DNA from: a virus
Lineage: Duplodnaviria > Caudoviricetes
Reading direction: 5' to 3' (one strand)
Virus record (IMG/VR): IMGVR_UViG_3300038443_001692
Location: 20,889 to 84,888 of that record
Length of the DNA: 64,000 nucleotides
A program made the position numbers and the translations under genes. The notes under the pieces are model-generated. The model was not told the DNA's origin. It saw only the letters and a program-made list of their open reading frames with translations, and did no database searches. This document shows positions 18,793 to 27,470 of the stretch, in pieces; position 1 is the stretch's first letter, and each line of letters opens with the position of its first letter.

Positions 18793-21641
18793 TGGTCGCG
18801 CCAGTCAACGAATTCGACAAAATCCTGCAGGCCGAGACCTCGCGCACGCTCGCCGCGCGCGGCGGCATCATCCTGTCCACGACAGCCAACACGGTGCTGG
18901 TCGACGGCACCGGCGCCGGCACGCCGTCGATCATCACGCTCAAGGCTACGCCGCTGGTAGTGGCTGGCAGCGTGACCTGGGCGACGTCGCCGACGGTGCC
19001 GCTGACGATCGATTCGACCGGCCTGATTGCGACCCTGCACTTCGCGGACATGGGCTCAAGCAGCATCGCCGTGACGGTGACGCTGGTATCGAACGGGCTC
19101 ACGTACACCGATTCGAAGACGGTCGGCCAGGTCCGCATCGGCAGCCTTGGGTATCAGGGCGCGCTGGACGCCACTCGCAATAACACCGCCCAGGGTCTGC
19201 TGTCAGCGCGCCCCGCCGGTGCTGACGGCGACTTTTATTTCGCGACCGACGCACTGACCCTGTACCAGAAGCTGAGTGGCACTTGGCAGGTGGCTGGCAA
19301 CAACTTCACGAACACGAACCAACTGACCGATGGTGCCAACCTGGGCGGCACCGCGGTGTGGACTGGCGTGTCAGGCACGGGCAAGCCGTCCGACAACGCG
19401 TCAGCGGACCTTGTGCTGACGGGTCGTGGTGTAACGGTGGTGGGTAACACGCTCACTCGTACCAACGCTGCGAGCGGTAACTGGGACGCTGACGCATATT
19501 CGCAAGACAGCTTCACAGGGGGTGCGTTTGCCAGCGCGACTGCGGTCGGCACCACTTCCCTGATGTTCGGCCTGAACAGCGATCCTGTGACGGATGCCAA
19601 CTACACTAGCCTGGATTACGCAATTTACCTGCGCGTAGATAACGCTGTCGAGGTGTATGAGAGCAACGCGGCGTCTGGCGCCTTGACGACCTATGTGGCC
19701 GGCGATGTGTTTGCCGTGGTCTACGATGGCTCGTCGGTCCGGTACCTGAAGAACGGGGCAGTGTTCTACACGTCGAATTCGGCGGCATCGAGGGTGCCCG
19801 GTCAACGCTTGTTTTTTGACAGCTCGTTCAACGCGACAGGGTCCTCCATCCGAAACGTGCGCTTCGGGCCGCTGACGTCTAACAACTGGGCGGACGTGGG
19901 CGGTACGGGCAAGCCTGCGGACAACGCCAGTGCCGACCTTGTGCTGATCGGGCGTGGCGTAGTCGTCACCGGCAACAGCGCCACCAAGGCGTCTGGTAAC
20001 CCGAACTGGGACTCTGACGCTTATTCGAAGGACAGCTTCACGGGCGGGGCCTATGCGTCGATTGCTGCGGCTGACACGACCAGCCGCGTGATGTTCGGCC
20101 TGAACAGCGATCCCGTTACGGATAGCAGCTATTCCAGCCTGGATTACGCGCTGTACTTCGACACCACCACAACACCGCTTGTGGTGAGTGTCTACGAAAG
20201 TGGCACCTTCAAGGCATCGTTCGGTGCGTGGGTTGCTGGAGACGTATATGCCATCCTGTACGACGGCTCCAGTGTCAAGTACCTCAAGAATGGCGCGGTG
20301 TTTTACACCTCGACATCCACAACGGCTGGTAACCCGAACCAGACGTTCTTTTTCGACAGCTCATTCTTTAATGTGGGGGCTGTGATGAAAAACATCCGCT
20401 TCGGCCCCCTGTCTTCGAACAACTGGACGAGTATTGGCGGCATCGGCAAGCCTGCGGACAACGCCAGTTCCGACCTTGTGCTGATAGGCCGCAACGTCAC
20501 AGTGACCGGCAACAGCGGAGTCAAAACCGGAGGCTCGAACGGTCTCTGGGACGCTGACCTGTACAGCAAGGACAGCTTCACCGGAGGTGCCTTCGCCTCG
20601 GCGTCACCAGCAGTGGCGACCGATTCTATGATGTTCGGGCTGAACAGCGATCCGGTAACCGATTCGAGCTATACCAGCATCGACTATGCGATCTACCTGG
20701 ACGGGGGAACCAGTTCAGCTCTCCGGGTCTATGAAGGTGGCAGTTTGGCGGGCACTTTCGGTACGTACGCGGCCGGGGATGTGCTCGCGGTCGTCTACGA
20801 CGGGTCCTCCGTCAAGTACCTGAAGAACGGCGCGGTGGTCTACACCTCGATCCTTGCCGCCTCGTTCCAACCCAATCAGGTCCTCTATTTCGACAGCTCG
20901 TTTGCCAACCTCAACGGGAAACTCAATAACATCCGCTTCGGCCCGCTGTCGTCTAACAACTGGCTGACGATTGGCGGCCGCCCGCAGGACGGCAACAACC
21001 TTGTGCTTAAGCCCACGTTCGAGGACGGGGCCATTGGTGACTGGGACGGCGGCCCTATCGTAACCGTGACCGGGCAGGCTTTTACGAAAGCACTGCAGGT
21101 CAGCGCCAGGGACAGCTACGCGAACAACAGCGGATTTCCTGTGAACGTGGGCGAGACACTGTATGCCGAGGCCTGGCTGGACGCGTCCACCGCAAACTAC
21201 ACTTTGAATTTCGGCCTCTATTTTGTCAAAGCCGACGGCACCTACGTCACCTGGATAGCTATGGTCGCGAGGAACGCCGGGTCAGGCTGGGCATTCGGCG
21301 CTGGCTCGTGCACGGTTCCGGCCAACGCTGTCAAGGCTTACCCTTGGGTACAAATAAGTGGCTCCAGCAGCCTCGGAACCGGTCGGGCAACCCTGCTACG
21401 AGTCAGCCGCTTTCAGTCCGGCGCGACCGTTGGCGCCACGTTGGGCTCGAACGTCAACGGCCAGATCACAGGCAGCAACGCCAGCAGCCTGATGAACATC
21501 CCGAACCTTGGGGTAATGTCCTCGTCTGGCACGTTCCGGACTGCATCATCTGGCGGCCGAGTGGAAATCGCCGATAACGTGATCAAGGTATATGACTCCA
21601 GCAACGGCTTGCGCGTAAAAATCGGAAACCTTTCGCTATGA
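18792..21641 (+). CDS. Central tail fibre / receptor-binding protein
   Basis: ATG at 18792; three internal beta-sandwich repeats, a carbohydrate-binding-like domain (NLVLKPTFEDG...W), and a C-terminal RVKIGNL typical of central fibre ends. Confidence 0.85.
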   Translation: MVAPVNEFDKILQAETSRTLAARGGIILSTTANTVLVDGTGAGTPSIITLKATPLVVAGSVTWATSPTVPLTIDSTGLIATLHFADMGSSSIAVTVTLVSNGLTYTDSKTVGQVRIGSLGYQGALDATRNNTAQGLLSARPAGADGDFYFATDALTLYQKLSGTWQVAGNNFTNTNQLTDGANLGGTAVWTGVSGTGKPSDNASADLVLTGRGVTVVGNTLTRTNAASGNWDADAYSQDSFTGGAFASATAVGTTSLMFGLNSDPVTDANYTSLDYAIYLRVDNAVEVYESNAASGALTTYVAGDVFAVVYDGSSVRYLKNGAVFYTSNSAASRVPGQRLFFDSSFNATGSSIRNVRFGPLTSNNWADVGGTGKPADNASADLVLIGRGVVVTGNSATKASGNPNWDSDAYSKDSFTGGAYASIAAADTTSRVMFGLNSDPVTDSSYSSLDYALYFDTTTTPLVVSVYESGTFKASFGAWVAGDVYAILYDGSSVKYLKNGAVFYTSTSTTAGNPNQTFFFDSSFFNVGAVMKNIRFGPLSSNNWTSIGGIGKPADNASSDLVLIGRNVTVTGNSGVKTGGSNGLWDADLYSKDSFTGGAFASASPAVATDSMMFGLNSDPVTDSSYTSIDYAIYLDGGTSSALRVYEGGSLAGTFGTYAAGDVLAVVYDGSSVKYLKNGAVVYTSILAASFQPNQVLYFDSSFANLNGKLNNIRFGPLSSNNWLTIGGRPQDGNNLVLKPTFEDGAIGDWDGGPIVTVTGQAFTKALQVSARDSYANNSGFPVNVGETLYAEAWLDASTANYTLNFGLYFVKADGTYVTWIAMVARNAGSGWAFGAGSCTVPANAVKAYPWVQISGSSSLGTGRATLLRVSRFQSGATVGATLGSNVNGQITGSNASSLMNIPNLGVMSSSGTFRTASSGGRVEIADNVIKVYDSSNGLRVKIGNLSL
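19380..20978 (+). repeat. Three tandem ~176-179-aa domain repeats in the fibre
   Basis: Units start at 19380, 19908 and 20445 (GKP.DNAS.DLVL.GR...DSFTGGA...MFGLNSDPV...YDGSSV.YLKNGAV...RFGPL.SNNW). Confidence 0.95.
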
Positions 21642-22753
21642 CATTCGGAACTGAAACCTACCGTGCAAATGGTAGCACCATTATGTCAGGTGCCAATAAG
21701 CCAGGTATTTTTATCGAGAACATGGTAATTGCATACAGCAGCGCTAGCGGGAGTAAGACATACAGTCAAATTCCTGCTGGGTCTATGTATATCCTGATCA
21801 TGAGTTCGGGAGGTCAGTTCTCGGTCACAATCAGTGATGACGGTGCAGGCCACGCCAAGCTAGTGTGGACGAAGGTATCGAGCACGAGCCCCTACCTGAA
21901 TTCAACCGCCGCCACCCAAGTGCTGGTATTCGCTAAAAAGCTGACGCAAAGCGAAACCTACGGTATTCTGCTGTATAACGACGATGGTGATCAGCTTACG
22001 GATTTTAATTATCCAGTTCCGCAATACATCACGACTCTGCAGCCGGCAGCCACCCCGGCTTTTAACTCCTACTGCAATGGAAATGACGTTGTTGCCCGGC
22101 ACGATCACACGGTCGTGCTCAATTCGGCCACCACCCGCAATCGATTCGTGGTAGTGAATCTGCCGGACTCCACTAGCGCAGACATCTGGTACTCCTGCAC
22201 GTCGTTTGTTCCGGCAGGATCAAGCAACGTCACCCTAACCCTGACCATCGTGCGCCCGAGAGGCACAGCCTACCAGGTGCCCACCCTGCATGTGTTTGCG
22301 CTGGATGGCCCGACCAGCGGAGGTGGTACATACGGAAACCAGTATTTCAAGTCCGACGGGTCGCTTGTGTACGACTCTTCTGCGGAGAATGTATCTATCT
22401 CCGCTATCCAGAATATCGACTATCCGCCATCGCTGGCGGTACAGACGTATCCCATGGTTCTGCCTTCGACTCCCGGATTGGCGGTCCCATATTACGAGCA
22501 AGATGACTGGGTGGATTATGCCGAGCCGGATATCAATGGAAACATTGGATATTTTTCGGTGAAGCGCGGCCTTATGCAGCGCAAGGGGTCGACCATCTAT
22601 ACTAAGCTGTACGAGATTCGCGAGGATCTGCGCAGCGGAGGCAATACGTTTAATTCTAAATCCGGCCTGAGCCCGAACTTCACGCTTGCCATTGATATCT
22701 CTCAGCAGAGCCCGAGCAGCGTAACCGGCACCCCACCCACCTCTTACCAATAA
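21638..22753 (+). CDS. Tail tip-associated protein, lower GC
   Basis: ATGA-coupled to the fibre; three YG/FG-x-x-x-(Y/F)-x-x-(D/N)G motifs; atypical codon usage. Confidence 0.7.
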   Translation: MTFGTETYRANGSTIMSGANKPGIFIENMVIAYSSASGSKTYSQIPAGSMYILIMSSGGQFSVTISDDGAGHAKLVWTKVSSTSPYLNSTAATQVLVFAKKLTQSETYGILLYNDDGDQLTDFNYPVPQYITTLQPAATPAFNSYCNGNDVVARHDHTVVLNSATTRNRFVVVNLPDSTSADIWYSCTSFVPAGSSNVTLTLTIVRPRGTAYQVPTLHVFALDGPTSGGGTYGNQYFKSDGSLVYDSSAENVSISAIQNIDYPPSLAVQTYPMVLPSTPGLAVPYYEQDDWVDYAEPDINGNIGYFSVKRGLMQRKGSTIYTKLYEIREDLRSGGNTFNSKSGLSPNFTLAIDISQQSPSSVTGTPPTSYQ

Positions 22754-22761
22754 GGATTATC

Positions 22762-23451
22762 ATGGCCCTGATCATGAATCACACTGCACCCAACGGTGCA
22801 ACAGGTAATTACTTCCGCATCAATCGGATTAACGGTATTTGCGCGCCAGGCGTATTTCCTCACTGGGAAATCTGGGTGGGGTTTTATGCCAGTGCGGATA
22901 TCCGAGCTGAAAATACAAACCCTCTCTGGCAATACACGATCGAGATTCCGTTTTCGGATCTGCAGGTCGACCCGCGATCCGGCCAAATGCCAGGGCTGTA
23001 TTCCGTGGTGAAGAATTATGCCCCATTCGCCGGCGAATCGACCCTGGACGCGGCCGAGGACTCGCCGGACATCACGCTGGACGCGGTCAAGGCCACCAAG
23101 ATCACCGAGATCAACAAGGCCCGGCTGACGGCGAACACGACCTCGTTCCCTTATCTCGGCAAGCAGATCGCATGCGATGCGCTCAGCCGCAGCGATATCG
23201 ACGGCGTCAACGGCTACGTGGCGCTCATGGGAGCCTTCCCGTCCAGCTGGGTCGGAAAGTGGAAGGCGGCGGACGACACCTACCTGACGATCGAGACGCT
23301 CGATGACTGGAAGGCGTTCTATAGCGCGATGGTCAATCAGGGGCAAAGTAACTTCGTGTACTCGCAATGGCTGAAGCAGCAGGTGGCGGCCGCCACCACC
23401 GCTGCAGACGTGGACGCAGTCTACTGGGGCCTCACCCCACCGGCCCCGTAG
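22762..23451 (+). CDS. Tail fibre assembly-like protein (DUF4376-like C-half)
   Basis: AAGGA RBS; KITEINKAR...IACDALSRSDI...WKAADD pattern recalled for DUF4376. Confidence 0.62.
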   Translation: MALIMNHTAPNGATGNYFRINRINGICAPGVFPHWEIWVGFYASADIRAENTNPLWQYTIEIPFSDLQVDPRSGQMPGLYSVVKNYAPFAGESTLDAAEDSPDITLDAVKATKITEINKARLTANTTSFPYLGKQIACDALSRSDIDGVNGYVALMGAFPSSWVGKWKAADDTYLTIETLDDWKAFYSAMVNQGQSNFVYSQWLKQQVAAATTAADVDAVYWGLTPPAP

Positions 23452-23499
23452 CCAAACAGGCTGCCTTGTGGTATTTTCGGTAGGAAATTTTTCCTGCCG
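23449..23499 (+). promoter_or_regulatory. Candidate promoter TAGCCA-N17-TATTTT (extended TG) followed by hairpin CGGTAGGAAA/TTTCCTGCCG
   Basis: Intergenic; resembles the TTGCCA promoters; the hairpin abuts the RBS of 23508. Confidence 0.45.
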
Positions 23500-23507
23500 G
23501 AACTACC

Positions 23508-24920
23508 ATGCCCAACCTCCGCGTCATCTCTGACAACGCAATTGATCGCGCCACTGTGACGTCACAGGACACGGCCGCGAACTTTTCCGTGGCCAGCCTG
23601 CAGACCCAGCGCAAGTCTGACAAATGGCGTGCGGTGCTGGGTACGGGTGCATCGCTGCGCGCCGCCTGGGCCGCGCCGGAAACCTTGCAGGCCGTGGCCC
23701 TCCCGTTCTGCAACCTGTCGCCGACGGCGACAATGCGCGTGCGCGTGACGAGTGAATCGCAGACGACAAACCTGATCACGTTTTCCCAGCAGTTGGACAA
23801 CCCGTCAGGCTGGTCGCAGACGGCCGTCTCTGTTGCTCCAGGCGTCACGGCGCCGGACAGCTATGCCGCGGCCGTGACACTGACGGAGAACACGGCCGCG
23901 TCGACGCACGAGATCCGCTCGTCATCCGTCAACTTCAGCGCTGGGACCACTTACACCGTCTCTGCTTTTTTGAAGGCTGGCACGCGCACCTTCGGCTATG
24001 TGGGATTGCCCAGCGTGGCTTTCGGATCCTCGACCTACGTCATCTTCGACCTCACTACCGGCACGGCGGTCTTGACGATCGGCACGCCGACCAACACCAC
24101 CATCGCGCCGGTGCCCGGCATGCCTGGATGGTATCGCTGTTCGGTGACCGGTACTGCCACCGCCACGGCCAGCGGCACCTGCTACCTTGGCATGAAGGCC
24201 ACTGCTACCGCAGGCTCGTACACAGGGGATGGCACCAGCACATTGATCGCCTGGGGCGCCCAGGTAGAGGCAGGCGCGCTGTCCAGCTACTACCCTACCG
24301 GAGGGTCTGCCGCCATCCGGCCGCTCGGCTATATCGACGGGTGGCAGAGCTACGCGTACGACAGCGGCTACGTGCTGGCCTGCCCGGCACCGGCTATTAC
24401 GCTGCGCGGCTTTACCGCGGCCCAGGCAGCCAGCGCCTGGGCATTTGGCGGCGGCGCCACCGCGCGCCACTGGATGCCGACCGCGCAGCAAGCTTACGGC
24501 CTGGCCATCGACATCGTCGACGCTAGCAATGCGGCCGGCTACATCGAGGCCGCCTTCCTCGTCGCCGGGGCGTACTGGGAGAGCGCCACCAACTTCGATT
24601 ACGGCGCCAGCGCGCAGCTGATCGACTCGACGAAGAATTCCCGCAGCGACGCTGGCGACCTGATCAGCGACGCCGGCACGGTAAGCAAGAAGGTCAGCAT
24701 TCCCCTATCCAAGCTATCCCCGACGGACCGCGCCGCCCTGTGGTCGATTCTGCGCAGTGGCGGCACCCGTTACCCAGTTTTCCTCAGCATGTTCCCCGGG
24801 AGCTCAGACCTTGCGCTCGAGCGCGACCATCAGGTCTACGGCAAGCTGGTGCAGCTGCCTGCCATGGCTCTCCCTTTCTACAACATCGCCTCGGCCACTG
24901 TCGAGGTCGAATCCATATGA
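23508..24920 (+). CDS. Virion structural protein (distal-tail-like) with an inserted carbohydrate-binding/spike domain
   Basis: N- and C-terminal parts resemble tail proteins (MPNLRVISDNAIDRA...; YIEAAFLVAGAYWES); central NLITFSQQLDN...W...AWGAQVEAG...SSYYPT module. Confidence 0.62.
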   Translation: MPNLRVISDNAIDRATVTSQDTAANFSVASLQTQRKSDKWRAVLGTGASLRAAWAAPETLQAVALPFCNLSPTATMRVRVTSESQTTNLITFSQQLDNPSGWSQTAVSVAPGVTAPDSYAAAVTLTENTAASTHEIRSSSVNFSAGTTYTVSAFLKAGTRTFGYVGLPSVAFGSSTYVIFDLTTGTAVLTIGTPTNTTIAPVPGMPGWYRCSVTGTATATASGTCYLGMKATATAGSYTGDGTSTLIAWGAQVEAGALSSYYPTGGSAAIRPLGYIDGWQSYAYDSGYVLACPAPAITLRGFTAAQAASAWAFGGGATARHWMPTAQQAYGLAIDIVDASNAAGYIEAAFLVAGAYWESATNFDYGASAQLIDSTKNSRSDAGDLISDAGTVSKKVSIPLSKLSPTDRAALWSILRSGGTRYPVFLSMFPGSSDLALERDHQVYGKLVQLPAMALPFYNIASATVEVESI

Positions 24921-24927
24921 GGAAGTC

Positions 24928-25461
24928 ATGGACTATACGCTTGCCCGCCCCCGGATCCAGACCGGCGATCTGATCGCCGTGCGCGACGTGCATGGCCTGC
25001 TGGGCCGTGCCACGACATTCTTCACGCGCTCGCCCTATACGCACACCGGCGTGGCCGTGTGGCTGGGCGACCGCCTTTTCATGGCCGACCTGAACTCCGG
25101 ACGCAACCACCTGACAGCCGTGTCCTGCCTTGAAAAATTCGACGTCTACGCGCCACCGCCCGGACTCGATCGCAAGTACATCGAGCAGGCGGTATTCGAC
25201 TGGCTTGCCGTGCCGATCTCGTACGGCTATGCCGCATTTATCTTGATCGGCCTGAAGGACGCCCTGAGCATCAAGCGCTTCATCCACTGGCGCCGGATCG
25301 TCGTGTGCTCAGGCGGTTCGATTCAGATTTACGAAATGGCCGCAGCCACCATGGCGCTGGACGACCGGCCGGCACCGCCGGAATGGGTCGAGCACGACCG
25401 CACCCTATCGCCCGGCGACCTGTGTGCAGAGATGCAAGTTAGATTTCCTGTGGGATATTAA
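24928..25461 (+). CDS. Permuted papain-like (YiiX/YebB, NlpC/P60 superfamily) peptidase/amidase
   Basis: QTGDLI, SPYTHTGV (His) preceding VVCSG (Cys), the permuted order; start at ATG 24928 after GAGGAAG. Confidence 0.75.
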   Translation: MDYTLARPRIQTGDLIAVRDVHGLLGRATTFFTRSPYTHTGVAVWLGDRLFMADLNSGRNHLTAVSCLEKFDVYAPPPGLDRKYIEQAVFDWLAVPISYGYAAFILIGLKDALSIKRFIHWRRIVVCSGGSIQIYEMAAATMALDDRPAPPEWVEHDRTLSPGDLCAEMQVRFPVGY

Positions 25462-25480
25462 TCACAGGCATGATTATTGC

Positions 25481-25509
25481 TGGACGGCATTGCCGTCAAT
25501 CTATAAAAT
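25481..25509 (+). promoter_or_regulatory. Candidate lysis-cassette promoter TGGACG-N17-TAAAAT with palindrome GACGGCA-T-TGCCGTC
   Basis: 15-bp palindrome at 25483-25497 overlaps the -35 and spacer. Confidence 0.5.
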
Positions 25510-25534
25510 TCCGGTAATCAACTTCGAGGTGAAC

Positions 25535-25627
25535 ATGTCCGCACTGGCTATTTTCCAGATTTGGGTCGCGATGGTGCAGGACTTCATCTCGAGCCTTTTC
25601 GACAACGACTACGAGGCACGTCAATGA
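25535..25627 (+). CDS. 30-aa peptide
   Basis: GAGGT RBS; ATGA overlap with the next gene; hydrophobic N-half. Confidence 0.5.
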   Translation: MSALAIFQIWVAMVQDFISSLFDNDYEARQ

Positions 25628-25881
25628 ACCTGGCATCTGCCAAGCACCACTGGGCAGCTGCCTGGGAAGCCATAGAACCTATCAAGCCTCATCTCGATGT
25701 GGCCGTGGTGGGTACTTTCGTAGCCAGCCTGCTCAGCATGCTGCCTACCGTAATGACTGCACTCACGACAATCACCACATTCGCCTGGTCCTGCATCCGG
25801 CTGTACGAGACCCAGGCGGTCCAGAACTGGTTGGCGCGGCGCCGCGCCAGAAAGGAAGCCAAGTCATGCTCCAACATCTGA
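25624..25881 (+). CDS. Holin/antiholin-like membrane protein
   Basis: Start at 25624; long hydrophobic stretch and very basic C-tail (RRRARKEAK); upstream of the endolysin. Confidence 0.6.
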   Translation: MNLASAKHHWAAAWEAIEPIKPHLDVAVVGTFVASLLSMLPTVMTALTTITTFAWSCIRLYETQAVQNWLARRRARKEAKSCSNI

Positions 25882-26126
25882 AGGCTGCCGCAGCGATCGA
25901 ATTGCGCAAGTTGCGCACCAAGGCCTGCGCCGTGCTGCTGATCGCACTGCCCTGGGCGTCTGACATCAAGGCCCTGGTGGCCACCAACCTGCCCGCGCTG
26001 CAGCCCTACCTGCCCGAGAACGTCTACAAGTTCATGGGCGCCGCCGTCGTCATCGCCGGCATGGTGCTGAGCCTCATCGCCACGCACCGCGCAGTGAAAG
26101 CTGCCAATGAATCCGATAACGCCTGA
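25866..26126 (+). CDS. Holin-like membrane protein (2 TM segments)
   Basis: Two hydrophobic segments; overlaps both neighbours in the lysis cassette. Confidence 0.6.
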   Translation: MLQHLKAAAAIELRKLRTKACAVLLIALPWASDIKALVATNLPALQPYLPENVYKFMGAAVVIAGMVLSLIATHRAVKAANESDNA

Positions 26127-26748
26127 CCAGCTGCGGCGCGTCGTCCGGACTATGGGTCCGGCTACTGCTATCGACGCCGCCAACGCGTTGAACAAATACC
26201 TGCCGAAGTTCGAGATCAACACGCGCGACCGCGCCGGCGCGTTCATCGCGCAGGCGCTGCACGAGTCGCTCGGGTTCACACGCATGACCGAGAACCTGAA
26301 CTACACCGCCGAAGCGCTGCTGAAGATCTGGCCGAAGCGCTTCACGCCCGACCAGGCGGCCATGTACGGCCGCAGCGACAGCCTGAAGAAGCCCGCCAAT
26401 CCGCAGATGATCGCCAACGTGGCGTACGCCAACCGTATGGGCAACGGCTCGATCGAGTCGGGCGACGGCTGGCGCTACCGCGGCCGTGGCCCAGGCCAGC
26501 TGACCGGCGCCAGCAACTACAAGCTGTGCGGCAAGGCGCTGGGCCTTGACCTGCTGACCTATCCAGACCAGGTCGCGCAGATCGAAACCGGCCTTGCAGC
26601 GTTCGCCTGGTTCTGGCGCAACAACGGCCTGAACGAGCTGGCCGACAACGTCGAGATCAACCGCATCAGCGGTCGTGTGAATGGCGGCGACCTTGGGTTG
26701 CAGGCCCGCTACGACCTGACGGTCGACGTCTTGAAGGCGCTGGCATGA
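26107..26748 (+). CDS. Endolysin, glycoside hydrolase family 19
   Basis: FIAQALHES...ENLNY and YRGRGPGQLTGASNY motifs. Confidence 0.95.
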   Translation: MNPITPDQLRRVVRTMGPATAIDAANALNKYLPKFEINTRDRAGAFIAQALHESLGFTRMTENLNYTAEALLKIWPKRFTPDQAAMYGRSDSLKKPANPQMIANVAYANRMGNGSIESGDGWRYRGRGPGQLTGASNYKLCGKALGLDLLTYPDQVAQIETGLAAFAWFWRNNGLNELADNVEINRISGRVNGGDLGLQARYDLTVDVLKALA

Positions 26749-26837
26749 GGCTCTCTACCTACTTTCTGATCGGCGCCGGCCTCGGCCTGGCTGCCGCCGG
26801 CGGCATCGCGACCGCTGTCCTGTGGAGGATGCCATGA
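26745..26837 (+). CDS. 30-aa hydrophobic peptide
   Basis: MRLSTYFLIGAGLGLAAAGGIATAVLWRMP; ATGA overlaps with both endolysin and Rz; missed by the ORF track. Confidence 0.45.
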   Translation: MRLSTYFLIGAGLGLAAAGGIATAVLWRMP

Positions 26838-27379
26838 GCTTTCTGACCGACATCATCGTTCCGGTCTGGGCGCGCTGGATCGCGATCCTGGCGCTGGCCG
26901 GCGCCAGCTACGCGGCCGGCTGCCTGCATGAGGCTCGGCATGAGTCGGCGGTACAGACCGCCAAGGTCGTCACCGTCGTCAAGCACGAGATGCAGACCGT
27001 GACCCAGGTGCAGACGGTCTACAAGGACCGTATCCAGAAGATTTACGTTCAGGAGAAAGAAATTGAAGCCGACATCCCACGTTTCATTCCACCTCATGTG
27101 GATGCTGAGTTTGCTGTTCCTGTTGGCTTCGTGCGCGTCGCCGCAGCCGGTTGGTCAGGCGATCCTGTTGGACCCGCCGGAGACGCTGACGCAGGACCCT
27201 CCGACCTACAGTTTTCCGAACTCGCCACCGCCGAAGTCCGCAACGCCGCAAGCTGCCGCGCCTGGCGCGAGCAAGCCTTAGGCTGGCGCGAGTTCTACGC
27301 CAAGCAGCAGGAGACCTTCAATGGACGACATGGGGATTGGTTCCGAGTGGATGCCAGGCCTGCAACTCTGGGTCCTTGA
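26834..27379 (+). CDS. Inner-membrane spanin (Rz-like)
   Basis: N-terminal TM segment then a periplasmic helical region; GGAGG RBS; follows the endolysin. Confidence 0.8.
   Translation: MSFLTDIIVPVWARWIAILALAGASYAAGCLHEARHESAVQTAKVVTVVKHEMQTVTQVQTVYKDRIQKIYVQEKEIEADIPRFIPPHVDAEFAVPVGFVRVAAAGWSGDPVGPAGDADAGPSDLQFSELATAEVRNAASCRAWREQALGWREFYAKQQETFNGRHGDWFRVDARPATLGP
27096..27281 (+). CDS. Outer-membrane spanin lipoprotein (Rz1-like), embedded in the +1 frame of Rz
   Basis: MWMLSLLFLLASC lipobox followed by a Pro-rich mature part. Confidence 0.75.
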   Translation: MWMLSLLFLLASCASPQPVGQAILLDPPETLTQDPPTYSFPNSPPPKSATPQAAAPGASKP

Positions 27380-27470
27380 GCCTCAGCTGCACGAGGATGG
27401 CACGCTCGAGATTGTGCAGATCCTTATCGGCACCGTGATCGACGGTCGCCTCCACTTTCCGGACGAATAG
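27321..27470 (+). CDS. Hypothetical 49-aa protein
   Basis: CAGGAG RBS; stop abuts the next ATG; not in the ORF track. Confidence 0.5.
   Translation: MDDMGIGSEWMPGLQLWVLEPQLHEDGTLEIVQILIGTVIDGRLHFPDE

Noticed and set aside
19380-20978. Diversity-generating retroelement TR/VR pair in the fibre
   Set aside because: Repeats are in-frame protein domains differing at all four bases, mostly synonymously; no reverse transcriptase in the window.
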